From positions 7,553 to 71,552 of the forward strand of contig CAMYJB010000024.1 in NCBI GenBank assembly GCA_947258565.1: a DNA stretch of 64,000 nt, given 5' to 3'. Every line of letters begins with the position of its first letter. Within the stretch, counting starts at the first letter, position 1. This DNA comes from an uncultured Woeseiaceae bacterium. GTDB taxonomy: Bacteria; Pseudomonadota; Gammaproteobacteria; Steroidobacterales; Woeseiaceae. A program made the position numbers and the translations under genes. A model generated the notes under the pieces. It saw only the letters and a program-made list of their open reading frames with translations, did no database searches and was not told the origin of the DNA. Below, piece by piece: positions 9,877 to 19,002 of the stretch.

Positions 9877-10893
9877 ATGAGCAGGGGTTCGAGCCCGACG
9901 CAAGACCGCGCGACACAACGGTTGCCGAACCGTTTCGGTTTCCTGCTGATTGAAGACTTTACGCTGATCTCGATGTCGTCAGCGATCGAGACTTTGCGCA
10001 TGGCGAATCGACTCTCGGGAGAAGACGTCTACGCGTGGAAGACGATCTCGGAAACGGGCGAGGGGGTATGCGCGAGCGATGGCTTGTGCATCAGTGCGGA
10101 TCGCGGCATCGATGATCCTGACGTGCTCCGGGATATCGACGCGATTATCGTCTGCGGCGGCAGACGCGTGGAAAAGCGCACTACCGAGCCGGTGCTCCGC
10201 TGGCTGAGGAAAGCGGCTAATGCCGGCCTGCAACTCGGCTCGACGTGCACCGGGAGTTTCGTCCTGGCGAAGGCCGGGCTGCTGGACGGCTACCGCTGCA
10301 GCATTCACTGGGAGAACATCGCGTCATTGACGGACACGTTTCCCAGGGTCCAGGTGCGCCGCAGTATCTACACGATCGACAGGGATCGTCTGACAAGTTC
10401 TGGCGGGACGACACCGATCGACATGATGCTTTACCTGGTGCGCAGGCACTGCGGTCCGGAGGTAACGGCAGGTGTCGCCGAACAGTTCGTTTACGAGCGG
10501 GTCCGCAACCCCGACGACCTGCAGCGCGTCCCGTTGCGTCACTTCGTGGGTAAGCAGTCAATGAAACTGGTCACCGCGGTGGAACTCATGGAGGCCAACA
10601 TCAGGGAACCGATCAGTCAGATCGAGCTTGCCGACTACGTCGACTTGTCGCGCCGGCAGCTGCAGCGGCTATTCCAGAAATACCTGCTGTGCACGCCGTC
10701 GCGCTATTACCTGCAGTTGCGTTTGCAGCGCGCCCGGGAGCTGTTGTTGCAGACGGACCTGAGTCTCGTCGAGATCGGAGCGCAGACCGGCTTCGTATCC
10801 AATTCGCATTTCAGCAAGAGTTACAAGGAGTTGTACGGTCATTCGCCGAGTAGCGAGCGTCGCGGCGGCCGGGTATCGTCAGATTCTCAATGA
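9877..10893 (+). CDS. GlxA-family (DJ-1/PfpI + AraC HTH) transcriptional regulator, GbdR/SouR/CdhR-like
   Basis: N-terminal GATase1-like domain (FGFLLIEDFTLISMSSAIETLRMANR ... IIVCGG). C-terminal AraC HTH (VEIGAQTGFVSNSHFSKSYKELYGHSPS). ATG 9877 preferred over TTG 9841; the start is uncertain. Confidence 0.8.
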   Translation: MSRGSSPTQDRATQRLPNRFGFLLIEDFTLISMSSAIETLRMANRLSGEDVYAWKTISETGEGVCASDGLCISADRGIDDPDVLRDIDAIIVCGGRRVEKRTTEPVLRWLRKAANAGLQLGSTCTGSFVLAKAGLLDGYRCSIHWENIASLTDTFPRVQVRRSIYTIDRDRLTSSGGTTPIDMMLYLVRRHCGPEVTAGVAEQFVYERVRNPDDLQRVPLRHFVGKQSMKLVTAVELMEANIREPISQIELADYVDLSRRQLQRLFQKYLLCTPSRYYLQLRLQRARELLLQTDLSLVEIGAQTGFVSNSHFSKSYKELYGHSPSSERRGGRVSSDSQ

Positions 10894-11327
10894 ACCGTGA
10901 TACAGGTGCACGGCGCCGAATGGTTGACTTTGTGGGACACACTACCAAGCAGTAAACTGCCGAAATCTCCGAGCCCCCGGCTGCCTATGACGATGCAGTC
11001 TGCCTCGTTTTCTTTCGCCGACGCCACGATCTCGGCAGCCGGATCACCACCGCGTAATTCAGTCGTTACTTTATCGCGAAGTTTCTCCCCGGCGATCTCG
11101 CTCGCCGCATCGATCAGCGTGCGGCCGGCGTTCTCTATCTGCTCGCGTCCGGCGTGAATCATGATGGATGCACCGCCAAGCACCATCACGCGGTCCGCCG
11201 CCGAACCTTGCGGAACGTGAACGATGTGCAACGACGCGTCGAATTTCTGCGCCAGTTCGCTGGCGAATTCGAGTGCCTTTTTCGAGTATTCCGATCCGTC
11301 TACCGCAACGAGGATCTTCTGCAACAT
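10887..11327 (-). CDS. universal stress protein (UspA family)
   Basis: ATG 11327 preceded by GGAGG. MLQKILVAVDGSEYSKKALE N-terminus and C-terminal GSRGLG...LGSVS nucleotide-binding motif. Confidence 0.85.
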   Translation of the reverse strand: MLQKILVAVDGSEYSKKALEFASELAQKFDASLHIVHVPQGSAADRVMVLGGASIMIHAGREQIENAGRTLIDAASEIAGEKLRDKVTTELRGGDPAAEIVASAKENEADCIVIGSRGLGDFGSLLLGSVSHKVNHSAPCTCITVH

Positions 11328-11407
11328 GCCTGCCTCCGGGGCTGATGTCGTTCTGTTACCATACAGAACATGGATTAACAGTGTCGAGGACGACAAGGTA
11401 GCCGTAA

Positions 11408-11791
11408 ATGTTTCTGACGGAAGACAGCGATCACTCCGGTTCTGCTGATACGCTCGGCGGGCGCATTGTTCATGCGCGTGAAGCGCAGGAACTGACGACG
11501 TCGCAGCTGGCCCGGCGTTTGGGCATCAAGACCGACACCTTGCACGATTGGGAATCAGATCGCGCGGAGCCGCGGTCCAATCGTCTGCTGACGCTTGCCG
11601 GGATGCTCAACGTAAGCCCGACCTGGTTGCTGACCGGAGCCGGCGAGGCGCCGGTCGATGCGCTTAATGAAACAGAGATGATGCACATCCGCGAGTGTGT
11701 CGAACGAATGCGCGAGCAGGTAACGACGGTGGTCGACGAACTCGAGCAGTTACAGAAGCGCCTCGAGTCCTACGAGAGCTACCGGGCCTGA
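11408..11791 (+). CDS. XRE-family helix-turn-helix transcriptional regulator
   Basis: HTH segment LTTSQLARRLGIKTDTLHDWESDRAEP followed by LTLAGMLNVSPTWLL. Coiled-coil-like C-terminal tail. Confidence 0.7.
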   Translation: MFLTEDSDHSGSADTLGGRIVHAREAQELTTSQLARRLGIKTDTLHDWESDRAEPRSNRLLTLAGMLNVSPTWLLTGAGEAPVDALNETEMMHIRECVERMREQVTTVVDELEQLQKRLESYESYRA

Positions 11792-11814
11792 CTGCCCGAC
11801 GTCGAGATTCCCAT

Positions 11815-12153
11815 TCAGGCCAGCTTCGCGCCGTTAGGTACTTCACCGTCGACGCTGGCGAGTACGACACTATTGTCGTCGCGATGGAAGCCGGTGACGA
11901 GGCATTCCGACTTGAACGGCCCGATCTGTTTCGGGGGGAAATTGACGACCGCGATGATCTGTTTGCCGACGAGATCCTCCACGGTGTAGAGATCGGTGAT
12001 CTGAGCGCTCGACTTCTTGCGCCCGATGTCCGGGCCGAATTCGATGAGCAGTTTGTAGGCGGGCACGCGGGCCTCGGGAAACGCCTCCGCACTGACGATC
12101 GTTCCGGCTCTTAGTTCGACCCGTTCGAAGTCGCTCCACTGGATTGCGTCCAT
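11815..12153 (-). CDS. csaA: tRNA-binding (OB-fold) protein, CsaA-like
   Basis: 112 aa. VELRAGTIV ... AYKLLIEFGPDIG ... SSAQIT ... VNFPPKQIG, typical of CsaA/YgjH tRNA-binding domain proteins. Confidence 0.75.
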   Translation of the reverse strand: MDAIQWSDFERVELRAGTIVSAEAFPEARVPAYKLLIEFGPDIGRKKSSAQITDLYTVEDLVGKQIIAVVNFPPKQIGPFKSECLVTGFHRDDNSVVLASVDGEVPNGAKLA

Positions 12154-13404
12154 CTAGCTCTCCTCTTCCGTCAGGTGCTGGATTTCTTCGTCATAAACCT
12201 GCGACGCGGTATGCGCCGTCGCGAGTGCGTCGCCGAACGCCATGTGTGCCTCATCGGGCGTGCTTTCCCGGCGTAGCATGCGGTATGCCACGAACACGGC
12301 GAGACACAGATGCACCAGCCCGGTAAACGCGAACATACCTGCTGCATTCGTCCACGTCATGAGCGTCGACGCGATGAAAGGTCCCAGGATCGCGCCGATG
12401 CCGTACATCAGCAGGAGGCCGCTCGAGATCATGACGTAGTCGTCGGCCTCCGCGAAATCGTTGGCGTGCGCGACCGCAATCGCGTAGAGAGGGAAGGCGA
12501 TGGCGCCCCACAGCAGTCCTGCGGCGCTGGCTGAGATGAACGTCAGGCTGCCCGTCCACGTTACGATTCCCCCCGATATGCCGACGCCAATTGTTGCTGC
12601 CGCGATGAGGATCTTGCGACGACCTATCTTGTCCGAAAGGTAGCCTAGCGGCCATTGCGACAGTGCCCCACCGATCACGGTTGCCGTCATGAACCATGCG
12701 GCGAGCGACGGCTCGGGCGTGATGGAGTTCGTGAACACCGGTGCCAGCGACCAGAACGTGCCGTTGGCGAGCCCGGTGGCGAGGCAGCCAATGGTCGCCG
12801 CCGGAGAGATTCGAAACAGCCGCCGCACGTTCACGTCGACCCTTTGCGGAATCTCCGGCGAGGGTGAGGTCGAAAGCGCGACCGGAATTGCCCCGAGCGA
12901 TACCAGGACCGAGGCGATCGCGAAAAGCTGCAGGCCGGACGGATCATAGAGCAGCGTCATCATCTGGCCGCCCGCCAGCACGGAGAGGGAAATCATGACG
13001 TACGTCGAGAACACGATGCCGCGATTCTCGTTCGTGGCGCGTTCGTTCAACCAGCTCTCGATGACGACATAGAGAACGGCAAAGCAGAACCCGGAAAGCA
13101 TGCGCAGCAAGGCCCACGCGACAGGGCTCAGGAAGAGCCCGTGTACGAGCGGTGCCGCCGAACCGAGCGCCGTCATCGCGAGAAACACCCGCACGTGGCC
13201 GACGCGGGCGACCAGATCGCCACCACGCAGGCAGCCGAGCGTAAAGCCGAAGAAATAAGCCGCGCCCATGACGCCGATCGAGACCGTTGAGAACGCTTCC
13301 AGCGAAGCGCGAACGGGCAGCAGCGTGCCCTGCAGCCCCTGGCCGGTGAGCAGTATGGAGACGCCGATCAGGAGTGCGGCAACGGGGGCGAGAGCATGCT
13401 TCAT
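12154..13404 (-). CDS. MFS transporter
   Basis: ATG 13404 (MKHALAPVAALLIGVSILLTGQG). Repeated hydrophobic segments consistent with about 12 TM helices. Its stop abuts the csaA start. Confidence 0.8.
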   Translation of the reverse strand: MKHALAPVAALLIGVSILLTGQGLQGTLLPVRASLEAFSTVSIGVMGAAYFFGFTLGCLRGGDLVARVGHVRVFLAMTALGSAAPLVHGLFLSPVAWALLRMLSGFCFAVLYVVIESWLNERATNENRGIVFSTYVMISLSVLAGGQMMTLLYDPSGLQLFAIASVLVSLGAIPVALSTSPSPEIPQRVDVNVRRLFRISPAATIGCLATGLANGTFWSLAPVFTNSITPEPSLAAWFMTATVIGGALSQWPLGYLSDKIGRRKILIAAATIGVGISGGIVTWTGSLTFISASAAGLLWGAIAFPLYAIAVAHANDFAEADDYVMISSGLLLMYGIGAILGPFIASTLMTWTNAAGMFAFTGLVHLCLAVFVAYRMLRRESTPDEAHMAFGDALATAHTASQVYDEEIQHLTEEES

Positions 13405-13701
13405 GGCAGCGAATTCTGGTCTTTCGAACGGCGCTTTGGAAGCAAAACCTTGCTCAACCTGTCCGGAGAAAATCGCTGGATCCAAGATGACCGGAAATGA
13501 CCAGCCGAATCGGTATCCGGACAAGAGCGGCGTGGCCCCGATCCGGAAGATCAACGTCGTCGCCGGGATCGAATCCCGGCATGGACGGAGACGGACGATG
13601 ACGAGTCTTTACGAATCAAAACCGCGACAGCGCCGCCTGGGCTGGGTCTGGGTGTGGGCCGCTCTCGTGATCTACTTCGCGTTCGAAGTTGCGAGGCTGT
13701 C

Positions 13702-13902
13702 GTGAATACGCGCTGCGCGAACATCTGGGTCTACGACGACGAAGGTCGCGACGTGGTTCCGCCGTTCCTGGTGGGAGAAGTAGCCGGCAGCCTGTCGATC
13801 GACGCGGATCGCGAACAGCTTCGGCGGTTTGCCAAGTCCATCCTGGAATGGCTTGCTCGCACAGAGCGAGACGGCGGTGCCTCAATCCACAGGCTTCAAT
13901 AA
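13702..13902 (+). CDS. small hypothetical protein (66 aa)
   Basis: GTG 13702 with GAGG 5 nt upstream. GC-rich third codon positions. No family recognised. Sits in an otherwise empty ~0.5 kb gap. Confidence 0.3.
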   Translation: MNTRCANIWVYDDEGRDVVPPFLVGEVAGSLSIDADREQLRRFAKSILEWLARTERDGGASIHRLQ

Positions 13903-13920
13903 CGCCCGGGTGTGGCAGTC

Positions 13921-14925
13921 TCAGCCTTCGCGACTGCGCATGATCGGCCGCGCGACGCCAACCGTGAGTTTCTCCCCGAGAACTTCACGCCGGAAGCGAA
14001 ACAGCTCCGCAGGCCGGCCGCGCCCGACGGTCGACGTACGGCCCACGGATTCGACAAGGTCGGCCGAGGTGACCAGGCGCCGGAAGTTCTGCTTGTGCAG
14101 TTTCGCGCCGGAGAGTGCCTCGACGACGCGCTGCAGCTGCAACAGCGTGAATTCACCCGGCATCAGGTCGAACACCACGGGGCGGTACGCCAGCTTGCCG
14201 CGCAGCCGGCCGAGCGCGGTTGCGAGTATGCGGCGATGGTCCGAAGCCAGCGGTATCCCCATATCGGCATACACGGACACATCGTCCGGGCAGGGTTCGC
14301 CGCTGACGGCGCAAGCGTCACGAACGGCCTCGTAGACGAGTCCGGCTTCATACAGGAGCTCGAATCGCTCATGCGCCAGTACGGCGTCCATATCCGAGGC
14401 TGCCGCGCCACCGAACGTTACGTTGACGCGTTCCTCGCGCTCCCTGCGCTTGTGATCCTTCTTCGCCTTGTTGGCCCATGCACGCAGCGAGGGCTCGATG
14501 TGCTTGTCGAGCACGGCCGGCCGGCCGCGCCGCCAGTCCTCCCAGGGCATGAAGCTGTACCAGTCGTGCCATTCGGCGTCGTAGCTTTCCACGACGTCTT
14601 CGTGCGTCAGTGCGATGTAGGCGACGGAGACCACTCGGGGACCGCCCTCGATCTCTACCGGGTCGCGAAAACGGTTGCCGAACGTATAAAGTTGCTCGAC
14701 GTAGTAGAGGTCCAGGCCCGTCTGCGCCTCGACCCAGCGCCGCAGGCTGCTCTCGAGGCTCGGATGGGTGGCCGGCTCGAACGGTCCGTTCGGCAGCGCG
14801 AGCGCGGTGTGCCCGGGCGTCGATGCCTCCCCGCGGTTCACGATCAGCAGGCGCGGCGTCTCGTCCGTCACCGCAACGATGACGGCGATCAGGTTCACCA
14901 CGGTTTCCGTAAAGTTCTGTTTCAA
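13921..14925 (-). CDS. nadQ: NadQ-type (Nudix-related) transcriptional regulator of NAD biosynthesis
   Basis: N-terminal Nudix-like fold with a degenerate box (LRRWVEAQTGL). C-terminal winged helix resembling NrtR (FTLLQLQRVVEALSGAKLHKQNFRRLV). Divergent from nadA-nadB. The TTG start has no obvious SD, so the start is uncertain. Confidence 0.65.
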   Translation of the reverse strand: MKQNFTETVVNLIAVIVAVTDETPRLLIVNRGEASTPGHTALALPNGPFEPATHPSLESSLRRWVEAQTGLDLYYVEQLYTFGNRFRDPVEIEGGPRVVSVAYIALTHEDVVESYDAEWHDWYSFMPWEDWRRGRPAVLDKHIEPSLRAWANKAKKDHKRREREERVNVTFGGAAASDMDAVLAHERFELLYEAGLVYEAVRDACAVSGEPCPDDVSVYADMGIPLASDHRRILATALGRLRGKLAYRPVVFDLMPGEFTLLQLQRVVEALSGAKLHKQNFRRLVTSADLVESVGRTSTVGRGRPAELFRFRREVLGEKLTVGVARPIMRSREG

Positions 14926-14979
14926 TTAACTTTTTTAGATTGACGACCGGTTGCTGCCGGCATTCTGCTTGACACACTA

Positions 14980-15023
14980 TATGCTCTGCGTGAGTATAAA
15001 CAAATATGCTCACTTGGAGCATA
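14980..15023. promoter_or_regulatory. two tandem 19-bp inverted repeats TATGCTC-N5-GAGYATA (candidate NadQ operators)
   Basis: 14980-14998 TATGCTCtgcgtGAGTATA (one mismatch) and 15005-15023 TATGCTCacttgGAGCATA (perfect). Centres are 25 bp apart. Located in the nadQ/nadA divergent region, next to a TTGACA hexamer (14969-14974) and AT-rich -10-like sequence. Confidence 0.5.
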
Positions 15024-15071
15024 AATATTTGACCCCATATACAGAACAGCTGCACGAAACGCGGGTGATCC

Positions 15072-16070
15072 ATGCTTGCCAATATTGACTACACGCCGGA
15101 GGTCGCTGCGGCGACCGCGCCATATTACGATCACGTAAAGACCGTCATTCCGGCGGTCGAATGGCCCGTGCACGCCCCTTATGTCGCGGCGATCAACGCG
15201 CTCAAGAAGGAGCGCAACGCCGTGGTGCTGGCGCATAACTACATGACGCCGGAGATATTCCACTGTGTGGCCGACATTACCGGCGACTCACTCGCGCTGG
15301 CCCGCCGGGCCGTGGAGACGGACGCCGACGTCATCGTGATGGCGGGCGTGCATTTCATGGCGGAAACGGCAAAGTTGCTGAACCCCGAAAAGACGGTACT
15401 CATTCCGGACATGCGCGCCGGCTGCTCCCTCGCCGAGTCGATCACCGCGGCGGATATCCGCGGGCTGCGTGAAAAGCATCCCGGGGTACCCGTCGTCACC
15501 TACGTCAACACGTCAGCGGAGGTGAAAGCCGAGTCCGATATCTGCTGCACCTCGGGCAACGCCGTTGCGATCGTCGAGTCACTCGGCTGCGAGGAAGTCA
15601 TATTCCTGCCCGACGAATACCTGGCGAACTATGTCGCGCAGCAGACGAACGTCAGGATCATCACCTGGAAGGGCCATTGCGAGGTGCACGAACGGTTCAC
15701 GCCCCAGGAACTGGAGGAGTATCGCGCGAGCTATGACGACCTGACGATCATTGCGCACCCGGAGTGCCCTCCGGACGTTCTGGCGGTCGCGGACTTCGTC
15801 GGCTCCACAGCGCAGATGAGTCAGTACGTCGAGACCCGGCGGCCGAAACGCGTGCTGATGGTCACCGAATGCTCGATGAGCGACAACGTGGCGGCCGATG
15901 TGACCGACGTGGACTTCATCCGTCCCTGCAACCTGTGTCCGCACATGAAACGCATCACGCTGGCAAAGATCTACGAGTCGCTCGAGAACCTCGAGCCCCG
16001 CGTCGAGATCGACCCGAAAGTCGCGGAAAAAGCGCGCCACGCCGTGGCAAGAATGCTGGAACACGGTTAG
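15072..16070 (+). CDS. nadA: quinolinate synthase
   Basis: 332 aa. [45 protein letters not shown] motifs typical of NadA. Confidence 0.9.
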   Translation: MLANIDYTPEVAAATAPYYDHVKTVIPAVEWPVHAPYVAAINALKKERNAVVLAHNYMTPEIFHCVADITGDSLALARRAVETDADVIVMAGVHFMAETAKLLNPEKTVLIPDMRAGCSLAESITAADIRGLREKHPGVPVVTYVNTSAEVKAESDICCTSGNAVAIVESLGCEEVIFLPDEYLANYVAQQTNVRIITWKGHCEVHERFTPQELEEYRASYDDLTIIAHPECPPDVLAVADFVGSTAQMSQYVETRRPKRVLMVTECSMSDNVAADVTDVDFIRPCNLCPHMKRITLAKIYESLENLEPRVEIDPKVAEKARHAVARMLEHG

Positions 16071-16080
16071 GAGCATCGTC

Positions 16081-17700
16081 ATGCAGGAAAACCGGCCCAT
16101 CGATATCGCAGCCGATGACATCGTCGTCGTCGGCAGCGGCATGGCGGGACTCATCACGGCGTTGTCACTGGCCCCCAGGCCCGTGACATTGATTACCAAG
16201 ACAGCAACGCTGGAGAGCGGTTCGAGCCTGTGGGCCAAAGGCGGCATTGCTGCGGCGGTCGGGCCCGGAGATACGCCGGAGGCCCACGCCGAAGACACGC
16301 TGTCGGCGGGTGCCGGCCTCAGCGACCCGCGGCGAGCCCTCGCGCTGACCCGCGAAGGCGCAGAGAGCCTGCGCCTGCTGATTCACGAAGGCGTGCCCTT
16401 CGATCGCGCGCTGGACGGTACGCTCGAGCTCGCCCGCGAAGCCGCCCATGGCCGGCCCCGTATCGTTCATGCCGGCGGCGATGCCACCGGCCGCGTGATC
16501 ATGAGCGCGCTCATCGAGCGGGCCCGCAGGACGCCGTCCATCACTATTCTCAGGAGCACGTTCGCCCAGGACCTTATCGTTCAGGATGGCGCGGTTCGGG
16601 GATTGCTCGTCTTCGAGCACGGCAAGGGATGGAGTTGCCGGCATGCATCGCACGTCGTCCTCGCGACGGGCGGCATCGGCATGGCCTGGTGGCACACCAC
16701 CAATCCGGCCGAATCAACGGGTGACGGCCTGGCGATCGCCGCGCGCGCCGGCGCGGAACTTACCGATCTCGAATTCATGCAGTTCCATCCGACGGCGCTC
16801 GCCATCAATACCGACGCCGGTAACGCAAACCTGCCTTTGCTGACGGAGGCGCTGCGCGGGGCAGGAGCGCTGCTCGTGGATGAGGGTGGCGAACGCTTCA
16901 TGACGTCCATTCACCCCGAAGGCGAACTGGCGCCGCGCGATGTCGTGGCGCGTGCGATCGAGCAGAAGCTGGCACGGGGCGGCAGCGTGTACCTCGATAT
17001 GCGACCCGTCGTGGAGAGCGGTCACGCGGGCGAGTTTCCGGAGGCCGTGCATGCATGCCGCGATGCAGGCCTGGATCCCGCACGCGATCTCTTGCCCATC
17101 GTCCCGGCAGCGCATTATCACATGGGCGGCATTCACGTTGATGACGACGGCCACAGCTCGCTCGAAGGCCTCTGGGCCTGCGGTGAGGCTGCGAACACGG
17201 GCGTCCACGGCGCCAACCGGCTCGCGAGCAACTCGCTGCTCGAGGCGGTGGTCTACGCGAGACGGGTTGCCGGGGGCATTCGACGCATGCATACATCGCG
17301 CGACGAACTCCCGCTGCCCATTACCGACGCCCCCGACGCGCCGCTTCCGGGAACCGGTAAAGACCTCGATGCGATCATCACGGATACGCGACAGTCGGTA
17401 TCGAAGCACGTCGGTATCGTCCGTTCCGGACCGGGACTGCAGCGCGCACTGCGGCAGTTCCGTGCGCTGGATTGGCGGCTCGGCCAGATCGCCATGGGCG
17501 AAATGCATGACCCGGCGGCATCGTTCGATCGTGTGCTGCGGTGGAGCGAGGCGCGAAACCTGCTGCTCGTCGCACGGCTCGTCGCGCTGGCGGCACTCGA
17601 TCGCGAAGAGAGCCGTGGCGCGCATTTCCGCGAGGATTTCCCCATTGCGCTACCGGAATGGCAACGCCGCCAGTCGCTGACGGTGGACCGGCTGGCATAA
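16081..17700 (+). CDS. nadB: L-aspartate oxidase
   Basis: 539 aa. DIVVVGSGMAGL FAD motif, HYHMGGI, ANRLASNSLLE, EESRGAHFRED signatures of NadB/succinate dehydrogenase flavoproteins. Confidence 0.9.
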   Translation: MQENRPIDIAADDIVVVGSGMAGLITALSLAPRPVTLITKTATLESGSSLWAKGGIAAAVGPGDTPEAHAEDTLSAGAGLSDPRRALALTREGAESLRLLIHEGVPFDRALDGTLELAREAAHGRPRIVHAGGDATGRVIMSALIERARRTPSITILRSTFAQDLIVQDGAVRGLLVFEHGKGWSCRHASHVVLATGGIGMAWWHTTNPAESTGDGLAIAARAGAELTDLEFMQFHPTALAINTDAGNANLPLLTEALRGAGALLVDEGGERFMTSIHPEGELAPRDVVARAIEQKLARGGSVYLDMRPVVESGHAGEFPEAVHACRDAGLDPARDLLPIVPAAHYHMGGIHVDDDGHSSLEGLWACGEAANTGVHGANRLASNSLLEAVVYARRVAGGIRRMHTSRDELPLPITDAPDAPLPGTGKDLDAIITDTRQSVSKHVGIVRSGPGLQRALRQFRALDWRLGQIAMGEMHDPAASFDRVLRWSEARNLLLVARLVALAALDREESRGAHFREDFPIALPEWQRRQSLTVDRLA

Positions 17701-17797
17701 GCGTGTTGCGGCCGCGATCTCGGAATCTGCGGACTGACAGCCTGCCCTCGATACCCGAAACTCGTATTATCAGGTTGCGCCTGAGCGGAGTTCGTTG

Positions 17798-18709
17798 ATG
17801 TCGGTGGCCCTCTTCAATCGTGCTGTAGTCGCGGCAATGCCGTTCGTGCCGCGGCCGCTGGTCTGGCGATTCTCGCGTCGCTACATAGCGGGCGTAGGTC
17901 TGGAAGATGCTTACAGGACGGTGGGTGAACTCAATGCGTCGGATTGTTCCGCGACGATCGACGTGCTCGGAGAAGACAGCACGGATCGGGAACAGGTGCA
18001 GTCGGCCGTCGACCTGTACCTCGAGGCAATTCGCGACATTCATGCGAAGTCGCTCAACTGCGGAATCTCGATCAAGCTGTCCGAACTGGGCCTGCGATTC
18101 GATGTCGCGGGGTGCCGGGCAGCAGTACGCACGCTGATCAGGAGCGCCGCCGATCACGGCAGCTTCGTCCGGATTGATATGGAGGACTCGAGCGTGACGT
18201 CAGTGACGCTGGACATCTATCGCGAGATGAGGCGGGAGTTCGAAAACGTCGGGATCGTGATCCAGTCCTGCCTGCACCGCAGCGAACAGGATATCGACGA
18301 GCTGATCGGGGAAGGCCCCGCCGACGTCCGCCTTTGCAAGGGCATCTACATTGAGCCCGACGAAATAGCATTTGTCGATCCGGACGAAATACGTTGCTCA
18401 TTCAATAGACTACTCGAGCAATTGTTCGACGGTGGCGCGAGGCGCGTGGCGATCGCGACGCACGATCCACCGCTCGTCGAGCATGCCGAAGCGTTGATCG
18501 GGAAGATGGGCGTAAGCAAGGATCGCTATGAATTCCAGATGCTGCTCGGCGTGGCCGGTACTCTGCGTCGCGATCTCGTCGCGCGTGGCCATCCGCTGCG
18601 CGTCTACGTGCCGTTCGGGGATCGCTGGTATGCCTATTCAATGCGCCGGCTGCGCGAGAATCCGAATATCGCCGGGTACGTCGTGAGCAATCTGTTGAGC
18701 CGGAGTTGA
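17798..18709 (+). CDS. proline dehydrogenase family protein (monofunctional)
   Basis: ATG 17798, 7 nt after GGAG (TTG 17795 is also possible). About 300 aa TIM-barrel-like protein with ISIKLSELG ... VRIDMEDS ... VRLCKGIY ... YVPFG ... YSMRRLRENP, as in stand-alone PutA-type PRODH. Confidence 0.8.
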   Translation: MSVALFNRAVVAAMPFVPRPLVWRFSRRYIAGVGLEDAYRTVGELNASDCSATIDVLGEDSTDREQVQSAVDLYLEAIRDIHAKSLNCGISIKLSELGLRFDVAGCRAAVRTLIRSAADHGSFVRIDMEDSSVTSVTLDIYREMRREFENVGIVIQSCLHRSEQDIDELIGEGPADVRLCKGIYIEPDEIAFVDPDEIRCSFNRLLEQLFDGGARRVAIATHDPPLVEHAEALIGKMGVSKDRYEFQMLLGVAGTLRRDLVARGHPLRVYVPFGDRWYAYSMRRLRENPNIAGYVVSNLLSRS

Positions 18710-18711
18710 CG

Positions 18712-18755
18712 AAAAAAACCGCCTCCCCCTGACGGGTGAAGGAGGCGATTTTTTG
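18712..18755. terminator. rho-independent terminator hairpin (A-tract / stem / T-tract, bidirectional)
   Basis: aaaaaaaCCGCCTCC-loop-GGAGGCGattttttg immediately after the PRODH stop. On the minus strand it follows the displaced tRNA-Pro 3' fragment. Confidence 0.7.
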
Positions 18756-18763
18756 TTCCGGGT

Positions 18764-18783
18764 TTGGTCGGGGTAACTGGATT
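18764..18783 (-). repeat. 20-nt direct repeat of the tRNA-Pro 3' end (att-like scar)
   Basis: TTGGTCGGGGTAACTGGATT at 18764-18783 is identical to 18916-18935 (T-loop to CCA of tRNA-Pro plus one flanking nt). 22 of 23 match if extended 3 nt. Confidence 0.8.
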
Positions 18784-18868
18784 GGGCGTGCTTCGCACGC
18801 CTGTCGCGCGACTGCGTCGCGCTCGGATGAACCAGAAAGCCGGTTCCATCCTGAACCACCAATCCAAC

Positions 18869-18908
18869 AAAAAACGGCCGCCCTTTCAATTCAGGGGCGG
18901 CCGTTTTT
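18869..18908. terminator. bidirectional rho-independent terminator downstream of tRNA-Pro
   Basis: aaaaaaCGGCCGCCC-tttcaattcag-GGGCGGCCGttttt: 9-bp GC stem flanked by A and T runs. Confidence 0.75.
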
Positions 18909-18916
18909 CGCTGGAT

Positions 18917-18993
18917 TGGTCGGGGTAACTGGATTCGAACCAGCGACTTCTACCTCCCGAAGATAGCGCTCTACCAGGCTGAGCTATACCCCG
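18917..18993 (-). tRNA. tRNA-Pro (anticodon CGG)
   Basis: Reverse complement folds as a cloverleaf: acceptor CGGGGTA/TACCCCG, D arm GCTC-AGCCTGGTA-GAGC, anticodon arm CTATC-TTCGGGA-GGTAG, T arm GCTGG-TTCGAAT-CCAGT, encoded CCA. 77 nt. Confidence 0.9.
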
Positions 18994-19002
18994 ATGCGAA
19001 TC

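Noticed and set aside
14969-15000. TTGACA ... TATAAA as the nadA promoter.
   Set aside because: The spacer between the hexamers is 20 bp, which is too long for a standard sigma70 promoter. It is mentioned only as context for the operators and is not called as a feature.
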